Shown: piece after piece, positions 24,382-25,744 of the stretch | How positions within the stretch are numbered: position 1 is the stretch's first letter | Layout: each line of letters opens with the position of its first letter | DNA from: a virus | Lineage: Duplodnaviria > Caudoviricetes | Virus record (IMG/VR): IMGVR_UViG_3300037311_000031 | Location: 1-25,744 of that record | Strand: one strand, 5' to 3' | Length of the DNA: 25,744 bases | Translations under genes and position numbers: made by a program | The notes under the pieces: model-generated | What the model was told of the DNA's origin: nothing | Database searches by the model: none | The model's input: only the letters and a program-made list of their open reading frames with translations

Positions 24382-25744
24382 GCGCCCCGGTCCAGTACAT
24401 CGGCACTCCGATGGAGCACCAGATCGAAGCAATCAATAAGGCTTGGCCTCGTGATTCGTTTGCTCTGTTTCACGAGATGGGCACCGGCAAAACCTACACT
24501 TCGATTCATCTGGCTGTTGCCCGGTATCGGGCCGGGCAGATCGACCAACTCTACGTCATCTGCCCGAACTCCATCCAGTCGGTCTGGTATAATACCATCG
24601 ACGGCGGCGAGCTAGCCAAGTGGATACCGAAAGATGTGAAGTGGAGGGTTGAATACGGCAGCACGCCCAGCCTGAAACCCTTCGATGGATTGACCATCTA
24701 CCTCTGGACGGTTGAAGGATTTGGCATCAGCGACGCCCTGTACAACATGGCGGTGCGGCTGATCAAGGGCACGAGAACAATGATCATCGTTGACGAGTCG
24801 AGCCGGATCAAGAACCCGAAATCGCAGCGGACCAAGCGCATCGCCCAGCTTGGCGGGCTGGCCCACTACCGGCTGGCCATGACCGGCACTCCCATCACCG
24901 AAGGAACGGAGGATCTGTTCGGCCAGTTCATGTTCCTAGGCACGGTCATTATTGGGTGCAAGAACTTCTTCGTGTTCAAGAACCGGTACTGTCAGATGGG
25001 TGGTTACATGATGAAAGAGATCGTTGGGTACCAATTCCTTGACGACCTCATGCGACGCATCCTGCCGTACGTGCATGTTGTCGAAAAGGCAAAGTGCATG
25101 ACGCTCCCGCCCAAGGTGTTTCAGAAGATCGTGGTTGAGCCGACACAGGAACAGAAGCGAATTCTCAAGGATTTGAAGAAGATGTTTGAGGCCGAGCACG
25201 ACGGCGCCCACATTTCTGTCGAATCTACCCTTGAACAGATGACTCGTTATCAACAAGTCATTGGTGGTATGTTCCCCCACCGGGACGAGGGTGACGAGTT
25301 CAAGTATCGCACCAAACCAATAGCAGGCAAGAATCCGAAACTCGACGCGCTGATGGGTCTGGTTGAACTCATACCCCACACCGGCAAGATCGTCATTTGG
25401 GCGAGATTCAGGCCAGAGATCGAACTGATCCGGCACCGGCTGGTGGATGAGTACGGCGGACTCTCAGTGGTCGAGTTCCACGGCGGTATCGACAAGGAAA
25501 TCCGCACACAGAACGTCCTTCGGTTCAGGAAAGACAAAAACTGTCGATTCTTCATCTCAAACCAGCAGTCAGGCGGCATCGGCCTCACATTGGTTGAGGC
25601 AAACTATGTCATCTATTATTCGAATTCGTTCAGTTACGAGGACCGGGCGCAGTCAGAGGACCGCACCCACCGCAAGGGGCAAACAAACTCGGTCACTTAC
25701 TACGATATCGAGATGAATGTGGCTGCCGATATCAAGATCCTGCG
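24378..25744 (+). CDS. SNF2-family (SF2) helicase/ATPase; runs off the window edge
   Basis: Not in the ORF track. My translation has HEMGTGKT (motif I), IIVDESSRIKN (II), MTGTP (III), SGGIGLTL (V) and QSEDRTHRKGQ (VI). Confidence 0.93.
   Translation, partial: MSAPVQYIGTPMEHQIEAINKAWPRDSFALFHEMGTGKTYTSIHLAVARYRAGQIDQLYVICPNSIQSVWYNTIDGGELAKWIPKDVKWRVEYGSTPSLKPFDGLTIYLWTVEGFGISDALYNMAVRLIKGTRTMIIVDESSRIKNPKSQRTKRIAQLGGLAHYRLAMTGTPITEGTEDLFGQFMFLGTVIIGCKNFFVFKNRYCQMGGYMMKEIVGYQFLDDLMRRILPYVHVVEKAKCMTLPPKVFQKIVVEPTQEQKRILKDLKKMFEAEHDGAHISVESTLEQMTRYQQVIGGMFPHRDEGDEFKYRTKPIAGKNPKLDALMGLVELIPHTGKIVIWARFRPEIELIRHRLVDEYGGLSVVEFHGGIDKEIRTQNVLRFRKDKNCRFFISNQQSGGIGLTLVEANYVIYYSNSFSYEDRAQSEDRTHRKGQTNSVTYYDIEMNVAADIKIL

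Overview
The window is a segment of a dsDNA tailed phage genome with podovirus-type virion genes (BPP-1/T7-like structural module). The minus-strand arm (about 18500 to 1) is the late operon: small and large terminase, portal, a Bbp19-like protein, scaffold, major capsid, accessory virion proteins, nozzle and adaptor, three internal (ejection) proteins and a tail fibre that runs off the window. The plus-strand arm (about 18900 to the end) holds small early genes, a DUF3102-like DNA-binding protein and a SNF2-family helicase. The most unusual signal is at the divergence point. About 880 bp (18614-19490) has A and T almost perfectly segregated into alternating blocks: 325 nt with no A, 344 nt with no T, 138 nt with no A, then T-free again. 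Even the local promoter and its upstream repeats appear recoded without A. I interpret this, as an inference, as a first-injected 'stealth' genome end that cannot contain Type I or A/T-containing palindromic restriction sites and carries candidate anti-defence genes. Other notable items are a 20-bp sequence with a palindromic core that occurs three times about 9 kb apart, including inside the DUF3102-like gene; a six-member promoter family; a twin internal-loop RNA element in the capsid leader; a candidate structured ncRNA; and a putative ADP-ribosyltransferase-like domain in the largest ejection protein. All family assignments come from motif recognition by eye, not from database searches.
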